NCBI RefSeq assembly: GCF_000150275.1
Contig: NW_002060943.1
Span: forward strand, 5,848,008-5,912,007
Direction: 5' to 3'
From: Trichoplax adhaerens
Taxonomy: Eukaryota; Animalia; Placozoa
DNA length: 64,000 bases
Shown: positions 12,362-24,633 of the stretch, in pieces
Layout of the letters: each line of letters starts with the position of its first letter
Numbering within the stretch: the stretch's first letter is position 1
Position numbers and translations under genes: made by a program
The notes under the pieces: model-generated
What the model was told of the DNA's origin: nothing
Database searches by the model: none
The model's input: the letters and a program-made list of their open reading frames with translations, nothing else

Positions 12362-15300
12362 TTAATATGTTGGCGGATAACCCTTATTTAGATTTCGTCT
12401 ATCCATTTGCTGCCTATAGGCTTCAGGTTCTGTAAATAGAAATTTCTTTAGTTTTAATATCAAATCCAACATTTCTAGAAATATTTGCATACGAAATATT
12501 GATTGTAAAATTTTCATGGACTTTAATGATAAAGTATAAATAATAAACACTAGTAACCAGTCTAAAAGCAAATGTTAAATTAAAATAATCCATAAGATCA
12601 GCATAATTTCTTCAGGTCATTCATTGGGTAGTGACACTCACCTTCCCTTTGATATGCATTTCGTTTCCAAAATCTACGAAAATAATACGCTGCAGTAAAA
12701 GTTATGCTAGCGATGGCTGCCAAAATACATCCAATTGTTATCATAATTGCATTTTCTCGATGGTTCTTCGTTAAATTTACTAAAAAGGAAAAACTATGGT
12801 GAGATTATAGATTCTTGAGGTACAGTATTAAGCATAATTACGGATAATTTATTAAATTACAATACCATTTCCATTCGATTTTGACGATGTCAAATTTTTT
12901 AGTGCTGATGGTCTAAGTTTTTCGCATATAACTCCTGCGCTTCTAAAGAATTTGCAGGTTGATATACCCGAAGACGATATAGGACACTGAGATATAGTAG
13001 ATTCTGATCCATAACATGACATTTTGTCTATCCAAATAGGTCCTGAGCCATAAATGAAATCTTTAAATATTAAGAGTTTTCCATTATAAAAAATCAATTA
13101 TAGTACAGTGTATCAGATATTAATAAAAATTTATTTTTATAACTATAGCTTCCATCCCTAACTAAAATTTCTATTAAAATAAAATATACCACAGATTAAA
13201 TTTTGCATTAAAATTACTCGAGATTGCAACTTTACTATTTATTTATCCCCTCTAAGAATAAATTAATTATAATTTTATGTACCATGCCTTCGTAATAAGA
13301 ATAAATGACCTGTCTGTTTGACCGCTTACAGCATTGCGCCCACGATTGCTTTAAATATTATAAACATTAACAACATTAATTGAATCATTACTGCTACAAA
13401 ATATTTCTTACAACTAATAATTTAGGTAAGTAACATTATTGATGGAGGCTTTACGCGAAGCAAGGCAAGACAATGACTATAGAGCAAAATTGTAAAATTA
13501 ATTTGCGATCGATTTCGGATTCTTTTTCATTTTCAATACGAATTAATGATAACAAATATTGTTTATGGCAACAATATTCATTAATTTTAAAAATAGTTTA
13601 TAAGGATAGTAATTCTAAACTAAGTATTTGTCTATTTCCATTACAGGTTATTAATCCAGGTGTCGGCAAGCCCAGCTGTCGACAGATAACGGTTGCATCC
13701 GCGCTTGTTAGAGAATCGCCACAAATAGAACCCCACACCCCATTACGATATACAGCTATTCGTCCGTGGTTACCTCCCATCAACATGATAGGAATATTAT
13801 CTGAAACTATAATATTTACCAATGCGATCATGATGACGATACAGTGTGATTTTGATGATGGCAAAGCATAAAGCAAACTAGCAAATTTAAACATCTAACT
13901 GACATGAACTAATATTATAAGTAGGACCATTATTTTCTGGAATTGAACATGGCGTGATATTGCAATAGTCCCAACTTGGATTAGTATCCATGTCGGTGTA
14001 GCACCAAGGCGCTGAATGTGCCTCATCAGGATTGCGACAGTAGTTGTTTGCATAATTAATAAAATCCTTGCACTAGGTTTTACTGAGACTTTTGGGCTCC
14101 TCCAATCGATGCAATGACTACCATTGATTGCAACTGATGTTTGCCCGGCATAAAATCTACCGTCTTCGGTATAGCAATTCGTCTCTAAATAAAGGAAGAC
14201 AATCATAGCAAAAATTTTATTGCTGTATAGGTATGAAATATCCCTAAATCGAAACATTCCTATATGGAACACGCCTATATGTTTAATTGAAATGGTCTAT
14301 ATTTCGCGATAGAATACTAAATAAGAATGAATTTAAAAGTTACATTGATGTAATACTTCCATACCTAAGGGGTATATGAAAATATCATCAATAGCGATTC
14401 CGAAATCTTCAGATCGAATAATAATCTGTAAGCACGAACAAATTATTAAATACAGGTAGGTATTCTTGATAAGAAGAACTAACAAGTTTGTTCTTCGCTT
14501 TCCATGGCATACTATATCAGCTGCATTAGCTATTTTATATCCAACTTACGGTACCTGGTAACCCGGAAATTGTGGTTGAAAGACTTTAGTCACTTTGTAC
14601 CAGTTCTTGTACAACGTTCCATCAATCAGTAGCGAATGATAGCTAAGGCTAGAATCGTATCGCGGATAAACTACAAAAACTCTCAAAGTACGAGTTCCAG
14701 ATCCAAATCTCTTTAGATAAAATTCTAACTAATGTAAGAAGTATAAATACAAACATTCTTAGTTTATCAGCGACTTAAAGAAAGATAAATGAAAATAATT
14801 ATCGAATTATTCATATATTGCAATCAAATCTGTTCATTACGTTTATTATTTTTATCAAAGGCTGAGAACTAGTACCGTATTGCATAAGTGTAAAAATACT
14901 GTTAAGATGATACATACGAAGACTGCTTGTGCTTCTGTAGGTAGAATCATAGAAGGACTACTTATCTCAGCTAAACCTCTAGTATCACTAGTGTTTTTCC
15001 GGCCATTTACTAAGCGCCAGCCATGCCCTAATTACATCCAGAACGTAACAATTTATGAATTTTCAATATCGAACTGCAACATCATAATCAGGAATTCAGC
15101 TGTCGAAGAATAGCATGAAAATAAACTGTTTATGTGCATAAGAGTCCGTAGCTAACATCAATATAAAGTACTACTGTATTTTAATACAAAATGTAAACCC
15201 GTGCAGTGCACTAATTTAATTTCTACAGTAATTCCTTTAAGGGTTAAAAACTCGTTCATTACGTCATCGTAATTGCCGGTTAATAAAGTAAATTTTCCTT

Positions 15301-18300
15301 AAATTGGTATTGTAACATTTTATGAAAGAAAATTTTACCCCATTTTTCTTAAATTAATTCAGCTTTAAGCTATAGTTAATGTTTAAATTTTCACTTCTCT
15401 CAAATAAACGATTTTAAATCAGCTGTCTTCGAGAATAAATAAAGATGGATATTTTCCATCTCCAAGCGTTTTCATTTAAATCAAGGTTTTGTCATAGTAA
15501 CCGAAAATTTCTAATTATCATTCTTACTAGATAGAAAGTTATATGACAATTCCCAGCTATATCGATCGTATTAATAATTTGAACGAGCTTGTGTTTTGTA
15601 CTTATGATATTCCTTTTCAACATCATAAACTGCATAACATTTACTTGTTTGATTTAACTTAGTGCATTGTGGTATATATTAAGCGAGTCCCTGATATGTA
15701 AAGGTTTACCATCATTCTGAGACTTCATTGTACCAGATTGGTAATCATGGTATTTTCCTTCTATTTTATTACGGTACCACATCGTGGAGTTGGTTCCGAA
15801 AACATGATGCCAGCCACAAAATCCATACTCAAAATCGCAAGAAGTTGATGTCAATGGAACTTCTATATTTTAAGTTATATAAAAAAGCACTTTTTAGCAT
15901 TGAATTATTCCTCATAGGTTTCTATATCAGTAAATATTACATCAGCCATTAAAATGATAAAAAATTACTTCACAACTTGGATATTTGCCGAGATGTGAAG
16001 GTATATATAAAAGCTGTTTTACTAAATACGCTCATATGTATGTTCACTTAAAATCTTATAAATTCAACGTTCCTAATTTTATAAATTTATATCAATCGGC
16101 TAAAACATCAATGATGATAAACTAGGAATTAGCAAATAATAATTTGAATATAAATCAGATATGGAAGTAATTAGCGCATAAGATATCATTACCTGAAAAA
16201 TCATATGCCATTTCGAATTTTTCTATAAAAAATTAGTAAGTGAGCATTACGTTAAAAAGAGGCAACAAGTACAGATTATTCAATCTTTCATTTATAATCT
16301 GCCCTTTCCGTTGGAGATATAAAACAATATAAGTTACTTTTAGCGGTCTGATCTTTTCGTACACAAATGTAATTCTGCCATTAATCTGATGTCCAAGCAT
16401 TTTTTATCAATAGTATCATCGAGTCAAATTAAATCTTAACATAGACTGAATTAAGTGAAACTGATGTATTACTTTCAGTTCCACATATAACACCAGTTTG
16501 ATATCGAGAATATTCATAAGGCGTTCCGTCACGATCAAAAGTTGTGCATTGAGAAAAGTTGCCTTCTAATCCGGTACAACGAAAATTTCGTAAGCATGGA
16601 CTACCAATATTGCTATTAAATTCTGAATAGAAATAAGGTTGAAAAAATTTAACCTAAGTAAAATAATATACTGTAGGCGGAGTAGAACTAATTTCATAAA
16701 GTCTCGCAATGTTAAAGCAGTTATAGCTGGTAAAATATCAGCATTGTATCTTACCTCGTGGATAGCCCGGCGTAGGTAAACCTGATTGACGACAAATCAC
16801 CGAAGCTGCTGGAATGTCGAAAAGTTCACTACAAATAGCTCTCCATTGACCTTCATGATACACAACAACTCGAGCAAAATTAAATCTTTCAATCAATCTA
16901 ACCAACATTCCACCTAGTATTTGAGAATAAACATACGATATACGCACATTATTTCTTTCATAATTATTTATATTGAATCATCCTTAAACTTATAAATCGT
17001 TTATAAACTGTATAGCGTCCTTCGTGGCATAAAGTAATAGGTTCGCATCAAATTTTGTTATACAGGCGCTACATAGTATTAGCAAGTTATACATCTCCAG
17101 GTAGAGAATAATGATATACCTTTCCTGATACTAGTCATCGTATTAAAATTTGAAGGATTATTGCAAGAAGAAATGTTGCAATAACCCCATTGCAACGTAG
17201 AACTGTCGATATAGCACCATGGTCTAGCATGCAAAAGTTCAGGATTTCGGCAATAGTTATTTTGTAAACTTTCATCATTATTCTCTCTTTCTTTAAATAA
17301 CTTATTGTAAATCATGGTGTCATTCCAATATTTGCACATTGTTCGATTAGCCGTAAAAGATGATGTTCCGCTATAATATTGGCCACGATCAGTAAAGCAA
17401 TGTAACTCTATTAAGCAAAGTTAAGAAATCTTTAAGTCTATCCCTGAATTAATAGCCTTACGTTCAATAAATTTCTTATAACGGCTATTATATATCTTAA
17501 ATGACACATTTTCATATTTTGGTACTAAAAAATTCACGAAAGCAGCAATAAAGTCAAATCAACACCGTATTTTACACTATCGTACGACATTATCCTAGTA
17601 AATAAATCAAGAAGAAATTTTAAATTTTACATATGCAAAGTCTGAGTTTAGTTGCTGAATCTTCTGAATAAAGTGAATTGCTATTGTACGTCATGCTTAT
17701 CCACGGAATATGTCTTCAACATTTTAATTTGAGTATACAAATCATGCTTAACCAGTATCTAGTCGCATACGATTTATTATTCATGCTTTCATCACCTTCA
17801 GGATGGACTGTAAGGTCGTCCAAGCCAATACTGCCATGCAATGAAATACCTATGGTACCGCGTATTACAATCTGCAAATAAATTAATAAGGCTGTCATCT
17901 ATACAACGCTGTTACGGAGCGATGCTCCGAAATATTAATTGCTATGTTAATTAAAATATCTCATTTAAATTATTGTTTGCTCCAGTAGCTTATTAGATAT
18001 TAATGTTTATTAATAAGTACTTGTTATTGCCAAGGTATCAGAAAGTTCAACATTGTTGACGTGTCAGAGCTAACATGCTTAGTCAGTAAATGTTAATTAA
18101 TAACACCTTAAGTGTAAGGTCAATTACTTTACAGAGCCTTGAGGCTCTAGTTGCTATACTAGGATATGTATACTGGACTGTACAGTGTAAGTCGCTATGT
18201 CAAGAATATTCACAAGTGTACCATCGGCGTTGGCCGAGACTATAAAAAGCCGAGCACTAGCTTAGCTGCTCAGTTCCAGTTAGTCACTTGCAGGATCTTT

Positions 18301-21132
18301 TGACTATTATTGCTAAGAATATTCTTACGTTTTTCTTTAGTAAATTTTATGACTAAGTTTAACGAAAATAAAATGAAGTATTTAAAGCTATTACTCATTA
18401 GTAGCTTATTTGTATCGCTGAGAGTTAGTTCAACTACGATAGGCCCCTAAGTTAGTTGGGAACACGAGTACTAGTGAAGATAGTGTTTAAGACCCGGTTT
18501 CTTGTTACAAAGGAGATTTGTAACACACGTATATTCATATATACGTTTTTTATTAATTTATAGTAATATTCAGATGTGTCTATGATTTCAAAACTTATCA
18601 AAACAAAGAAAATACACTACAACGTCTATTATATCGAATAATTTTACGAACTACTCTTATAATAGAAGCCTACCTGATATTCCCAATACTTAGGAGTAAA
18701 AGAAATTGTTTTCTTATGCCAATTTTGATCATGGATGCTACCTGTCCTCTCCCATAGTAGATGACGTGGAAGATCTTTATCATATCTAGGATAAATTGCA
18801 TAAACTAACAAGCTGCCTACCCCTGGTCCATACATGCTAAAATAGAATTTTATCTGGAAAAACCCAGAAATTGGAGTAAAAACAGTAAAGGTAAGTTATA
18901 TCCAGTTAACAATGTGCGTATACTACTTAATGTATATTGCTTTGCTACACTATCATGACAAATAAAAAAACACATATTGACTACAGCTTACAGTACATTT
19001 ACTACTATCGATTTTAGATATGAATAAAATCACGTTTAACTACAAAATTTTAGCGTTATTGCAACTGTATAAATTTTTTATGACCCAATGATACAAGTCA
19101 CAAAAGAAATCTAGTATCAAAATATGGTACTTACAATAGCATTGTTAATACGTAAAGGCAGAAATAAGGGAGGACTCAGAATTTCTGCAACTTCCCCCGA
19201 TATTTTATAATCCAAATTTTGTATAAGTAAGAAAAATCCCCTGTCTTCAAGAACGGATAGGATTATTAAATACCAAAGTACGGGAATTATTATATCACAC
19301 TCTAAAATTTATTTTCGATCTTTCAATTTAGTCTTTATTATTCAGTAAACTCAATAAATTATCGATTTTATGTACAAGCAACATTTTACAAGCTTTTATT
19401 ATGAAAGTTACTATTATCAATGTATCAACCGTAATTGACACAAAAATATGTTTCGAGTATAGCTATTTCTTATAACTTAATATTTATTAAAATTAAAGAA
19501 TATGCTTAAAAATTTTAGTTGTAACTTCGAAAAGTTGATAGGAATCTCATTTACGCCTACTTAGCGAAGTTATAATATCAGCAAACATTATATCAGTAAC
19601 CAAGAAATCAATCAAAGGAATCTCATTGCCCCTAAAGACTCACCATTCTGATATATATGATCTGCGATTGGACTAAATTTACTTGTTGGCATTTGTGTTT
19701 GATTTCGACGCCAAAAAAATGCACTCATACCAACCAGATCAATCCATTGACAATTATCTTTCTCAAAATCGCAACTCGTACTTGAGATTGGAGGCCCTAT
19801 ATAAATCATATTTTTTATTATAATAAGAAACATTTTATTCTACGTTATAATAATTTATCAATGACGAGATTTGTGCTCTGAGTTTGAAGGGAATGATACG
19901 GTGCGAGGTATCTTAATTTTGGGTGATTTGCAGTACCACATATTGGCATTATTTTAGAGAGGTATAAAACTGTAACTACAGTCATAATACCGCCAACTCT
20001 TTTGGAAAGGGCGATGAATTTGGGAAGTTTAGTAGTAGAGAAGTCAGAAGCTAGAGAAATTTGAGATATAAAATACTCTACTTTTATTATTAATCGAGAA
20101 TAGTTTATTTTTTCTTTTGGTTGATTGGCTCCGGCAAGGTGATAAATCTACTCTCTTTGAATTTGTACATTTCATATCAATTTTTGAATCATCTTACATG
20201 GCTACACTTATTGCACTTTTCTCATCATTATTTATAAGTTTGATGTTTCGTTGATTAATTTCAGTATTTTCCGTTAAAATTTTATAAATTTTGTCTTTTG
20301 AATTTGTACCTTGGCTATTAATTTGTTAGCTATTCTACGCGATCATGCCTATTATAATTTTCTCATCATTATTTTATAAGTCTGAGGTTTGGTTGGTTAA
20401 TTTCAGGATGACGGTATTCTCCGTTAAAAGTTATCGTGTATTGCATTACAGCGCCATCGCATTTATAGCAAATTTATAACCTTCTTGCTCATTAATACTC
20501 AACATGCATACAAAATGAAATGAGTGAGATACATACTTCATCAAGGTATAATTTTCTAGGCTTTACTATTCGTGCAATCCTGTATAGTATATTTCAGCAC
20601 AGTCGAATTGTAAATTGATTACAAAAGATATTTAATCGAAAAAGAAAACTGTTACTAAATTCAGTAAGTTTAACGAATTACTTGAAATTTAAGAAATAAG
20701 TTAGCTATGTTGTGAATGCTAGCAAACCCTTTTAAAATTCGTACTTTAATTGTGTGTCGAAGATATGAAAGTGGTCAAGTATCAGTAAAGAGTACGCTAG
20801 GGTTTGTAAAGATTTTTCAATATCTATTACTTGCATAGATCAAAATGAGAAACCTTATAGAAATTCAATCTTTAGAGTATAAAAATAAATGTGCGAACGA
20901 AGAAATATTAACAGTAATTTTGATGCGAACAACTTGTGACTAAAATTTTTCACCTTACCTCATGTATTAATTAATAAATATCGTTGACTACCTTGTTATT
21001 CAATCACTTACGTGTTAAGTTATAAATTGTTGAGAAAGATGTACTATTTCTAATAACTTTACAGTAACCTCCACGAATGGTTGATATCACCAATGTAAAA
21101 ATGAAAGTAATAATGATAGACTGTTTAAACAT
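12362..21132 (-). CDS. Single-pass receptor B: signal peptide-[MAM-Kringle-SRCR]x2-TM-short tail ending PPTY (spliced; -1 frameshift in kringle 2, possibly a pseudogene allele)
   Basis: Signal exon [21 protein letters not shown] (21069-21132); MAM1 exons ~19642-19797, 19135-19233, 18675-18853 and 17797-17872; kringle 1 ~17120-17407 (NYCRNP...PWCY); SRCR1 ~16473-16912; 30-nt microexon ~16193-16222; MAM2 [10 protein letters not shown]...IAIDDI ~14366-15862; kringle 2 ~13903-14184; SRCR2 WGSIC / [12 protein letters not shown]...AGVIC ~12866-13800; [26 protein letters not shown] (~12642-12779); last exon ...GYPPTY-stop at 12362. Confidence 0.85.
17910..18525 (+). mobile_element. Solo LTR (~616 bp) in an intron of receptor B
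   Basis: Termini TGTTAC...GTAACA (TG..CA with a 6-bp inverted repeat), internal TATAAAAAG at 18241 and an AATAAA signal at ~18367. Flanks AACGC / CACGT could be a decayed 5-bp TSD. No ORF; the intron is enlarged relative to its neighbours. Confidence 0.72.
20154..20429. repeat. Diverged ~140-bp intronic tandem duplication (2 copies)
   Basis: TCTTT(T)GAATTTGTAC...TTTTCTCATCATTATTT(T)TATAAGT...TTAATTTCAG...CCGTTAAAA occurs at ~20154 and ~20294. Confidence 0.8.
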
Positions 21133-21638
21133 GCTAGGCGTAATTTTTATGCTTGGTTCGGTTTTGGAAGTAGAGAATTTACGGTATTTCTTTAACCAAA
21201 CGTGATATTACGCTGACTGCTATCAGTCGCTTTTAATAATAATGAATCTCAACGAATATTTATATTAGTTGTCTATTACCATCGGCTAAGACCAGTACTT
21301 AGAATATACGAAACTAAACATAGCTTAAGCAATATATTAATATATTAGTAATCACTTATTATCTCTTGTAATCCACAGCATGTATTGTAGTTGTACACTA
21401 GTTTGGAAGAATTACTGGCCAATCAAACTCTTTTTAGTCAATTCCATGTCAGGATGTTGATGGAATTATTCAACAGTAGCACAGTATGAACACTGCAGAA
21501 TCTAATACGGCAGAGTACACTGCATTGCGATCGAATTATGGAACCAGCAGAAAGAGAAAATGATCACTTTGCCAATAATTCGTGGTATACTGAACTGAGC
21601 GTAGAAGGAGTGACTAAGTATACGAGTCTTGACACATT

Positions 21639-21688
21639 NNNNNNNNNNNNNNNNNNNNNNNNNNNNNNNNNNNNNNNNNNNNNNNNNN
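21639..21688. other. Assembly gap (50 N)
   Basis: Run of 50 N characters. Confidence 1.
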
Positions 21689-24633
21689 TCTGTACCGCCT
21701 TAGGCAGTTGATCTTGATAAGCAATCCAAGAGCTACGTTAAAGTCAGAGTTAAAATTTAAAACTAATATAAACTAGTAAATTTGATATTAATGTTTTAAT
21801 ATCATAGCTAGTCATTATAATTTTCATTATAAGCATCGGTTACTGTAGTATACACAATGCATGATTTTTACATTGTTAGCTATTGTCCGAACACCGAAAA
21901 CTGATTAAGATCATCAAAAGAAATTTAATAAAACTAAACAAAAGCAATCCCGCATTATGCGGTAATTTATACCCAATCTTAAAGTAAAATGGAAATAATG
22001 CATGAGCATAGGCGTTAAAATTACGGCACAACGTTAATGTTTTACTGTAATGGCGCTTATATCTACCTATACAGTTTCTTATGGAATGAAAATTTTATAC
22101 ATTTCATAAATCGCTTATTGTTGTCAAATACAGAAGAAATAGAAGAAAAAAAGCGTTCTAAAGTACAGTATTGTGCATTATTGCATTGAGACTGTAGAAA
22201 ATATTTTTAGAATACAGCTACTATTATTATAATAAATTACTTTCGCTGTTTATAACTCACTAATCAGCAGACGAGCTATAATTTAAATCGCGAGCAAGTA
22301 AATGGATTGGATGAATAACTTGGTTGTAACATTATTATTACTTTCAGCATACCATCTGCACATTGTATATCACTAAATTTATTGTTGTCTAGATATTGAA
22401 GGTGTTACTTCAATGATAACATAACTGAATTCTATTAGGGTAAAACTCTGTAAGGATTGTCTTTGTATAGATATTTAATAATATCCTAATTTTCTGCAAA
22501 TTATGAAAATTTCGTAATCAACTTTTATTAAAGATGGCTTTTAATAATTGCTATCCCCACTGAATTACAACAATGCAGTGTAGCCAGTCTCCTATTTCTC
22601 ATATTGTATAGCTTATGATCTTATCAGACTTTTGCTATCAAGTTTATCCATTTTCTTGCAGTACTATAGGCATATCATTGGATATAGCTTACAGTATAAT
22701 TAACTGAACTAGCTAGCACTAATCCGTCGAGTTATATCCAGTATGCGGTAGGATAGTTTTAATTGCAATAAATTTGTTACAAATTTTATTAAGAGTTGTT
22801 AGGCGAGAATCTTTACCTTTTGCGAGGAAGGTATTTTATGTGTGTGTATAGGTGATATACTAGTATTAAACGTATCAATTTATCTTGTGTAAAGTTGTAG
22901 GAAAATTTACATAAAATTTTCCGAAATTTCGATATAAACTATAATATTTATCAGTAGTAGCTAGTAAATAATTCGGATAATTAGAGGCGACGAATAGCTT
23001 CTTCATATACTTATCAGACTTGGAGTATTATAGCAACGAAACTCCACGCAAGAATACAGCATAATAAATCACAATTAAAAATGAGACAGAATTTTTAATT
23101 TAGAAGAAGTAATCTACTATTTTCTTTAGCTATAGAAGTTAGCTTATAGTTTTTTAATATTATATACCAATATTATTATCTTGAACTAGCTATTTAAGAC
23201 AACCATTTATACACAAAGGTAATTAAGTATATCACAGATTACAGCTGCATGTTTATTAGTATGGAAGCCCTCCTAATAAATTTAGATAACAACCCTTTAA
23301 TAAATAATAGGACAATTGCAATAAAAGAAATTAGATATAAAATTAGATATGTGCATGATTTTTTGTAATTACAGTGTATTATATATATATATCGCCTTTC
23401 ATTATATTTTGTGAATTTTAGACTTCTATGAGTATGCTTCAACTACGATGAATCGATATTGTTGGCAATAGATGATATCTCTATAAGTAATCTAAAAGGC
23501 ACACTCGAAATTTAAATTAAGAATGACAATTCGTTTACGTGTTAGAATGTTATTAAATCATTTACGTAACACTTTTACAGTTTTATATCATGACGGCAAT
23601 ATCTTGTTACAGCGTATATAGCTCATTATCGATATTATATGCTATTATCCGAAGAAGGCATAATTGATTAGAATCGCCAAAATTGAATATCGAGAAGTTA
23701 AAAAATAAACCTATGTTATATCTATTACGTAAAATCATTGATATCCTTTATGTTATAAAAGAGAAGGAGATATGTGCATTGATGACTATAGAATCAAAGT
23801 TGAAATAAAAAAGTTGTTTTAAGTTGTATAAATTGCTATGTGATATTAGTATCCTTCAATTCTTGCTAAATATTGCTAGAACATGTACACTGAGCACCGT
23901 AAGCAGTCCACATTTGAGGCGTGCTGGTGATCAAAGTAATTGATGTTTATATATTAGAGTTAAGCTTAGAAGTTATAAGTCCAGTTAAAAAGCAGTCTTT
24001 GCCGCTGCTGTTAGATAAATCAATTTTAAAACAGTCCTTCCAGGGTTTGGAGGGCGCAATATCGTACAACATGCTTAAAATCTCTCGATGATTACCGCAC
24101 CAAAGTGACAAAACATGTAATTATCCGCATTTGATATACTTCAGTTTCGAAAGGTAGCAAAATTCAAGTTTAAAAATTTGTGCTCTTTAAAAGTTCATCA
24201 TATCATATTGTAAAACAATGCACCGATTAGCAAGATAATATTTAAAATTCTTTTAAAGCTTTAGCTAGCGATGTGTTTTATTAATTCCGCATTTATAATA
24301 AATTTATGAGTTTTCAATAACATACATAACGTATATCAAATTTGCCCATTACTGCCTAACATAGAGCTAGATTGTGTATTGTCAGCTAGGTAACATGACA
24401 CCGAAATAGAATGCTTAAATTATGTTCTACAGTACCGTACCATATGCCGTATAATGAGAAACAGTTTCTGCAATCTATTATTAACTAACTCTAGTACTGT
24501 ATCTTTCTTCGCATTAAATATGTAATGCAAATAGATTTTAAAATTCTAAAGTCTGACGTTGCATTCATTGATCGCAAATACCGCATCAAAAGCAGTAAAA
24601 TATATTTAAAGAAAATTATTTAGATGGATAATA

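Noticed and set aside
10131-15246. piggyBac-like ends TTAACCCTT (10131) and AAGGGTTAA (15239)
   Set aside because: Only ~9 bp match, 5 kb apart, spanning host exons; expected by chance in AT-rich DNA.
21367-21804. Possible LTR/TE around the assembly gap (TGTAAT...ATATCA)
   Set aside because: No matching TSD, interrupted by Ns, and no recognisable coding similarity.
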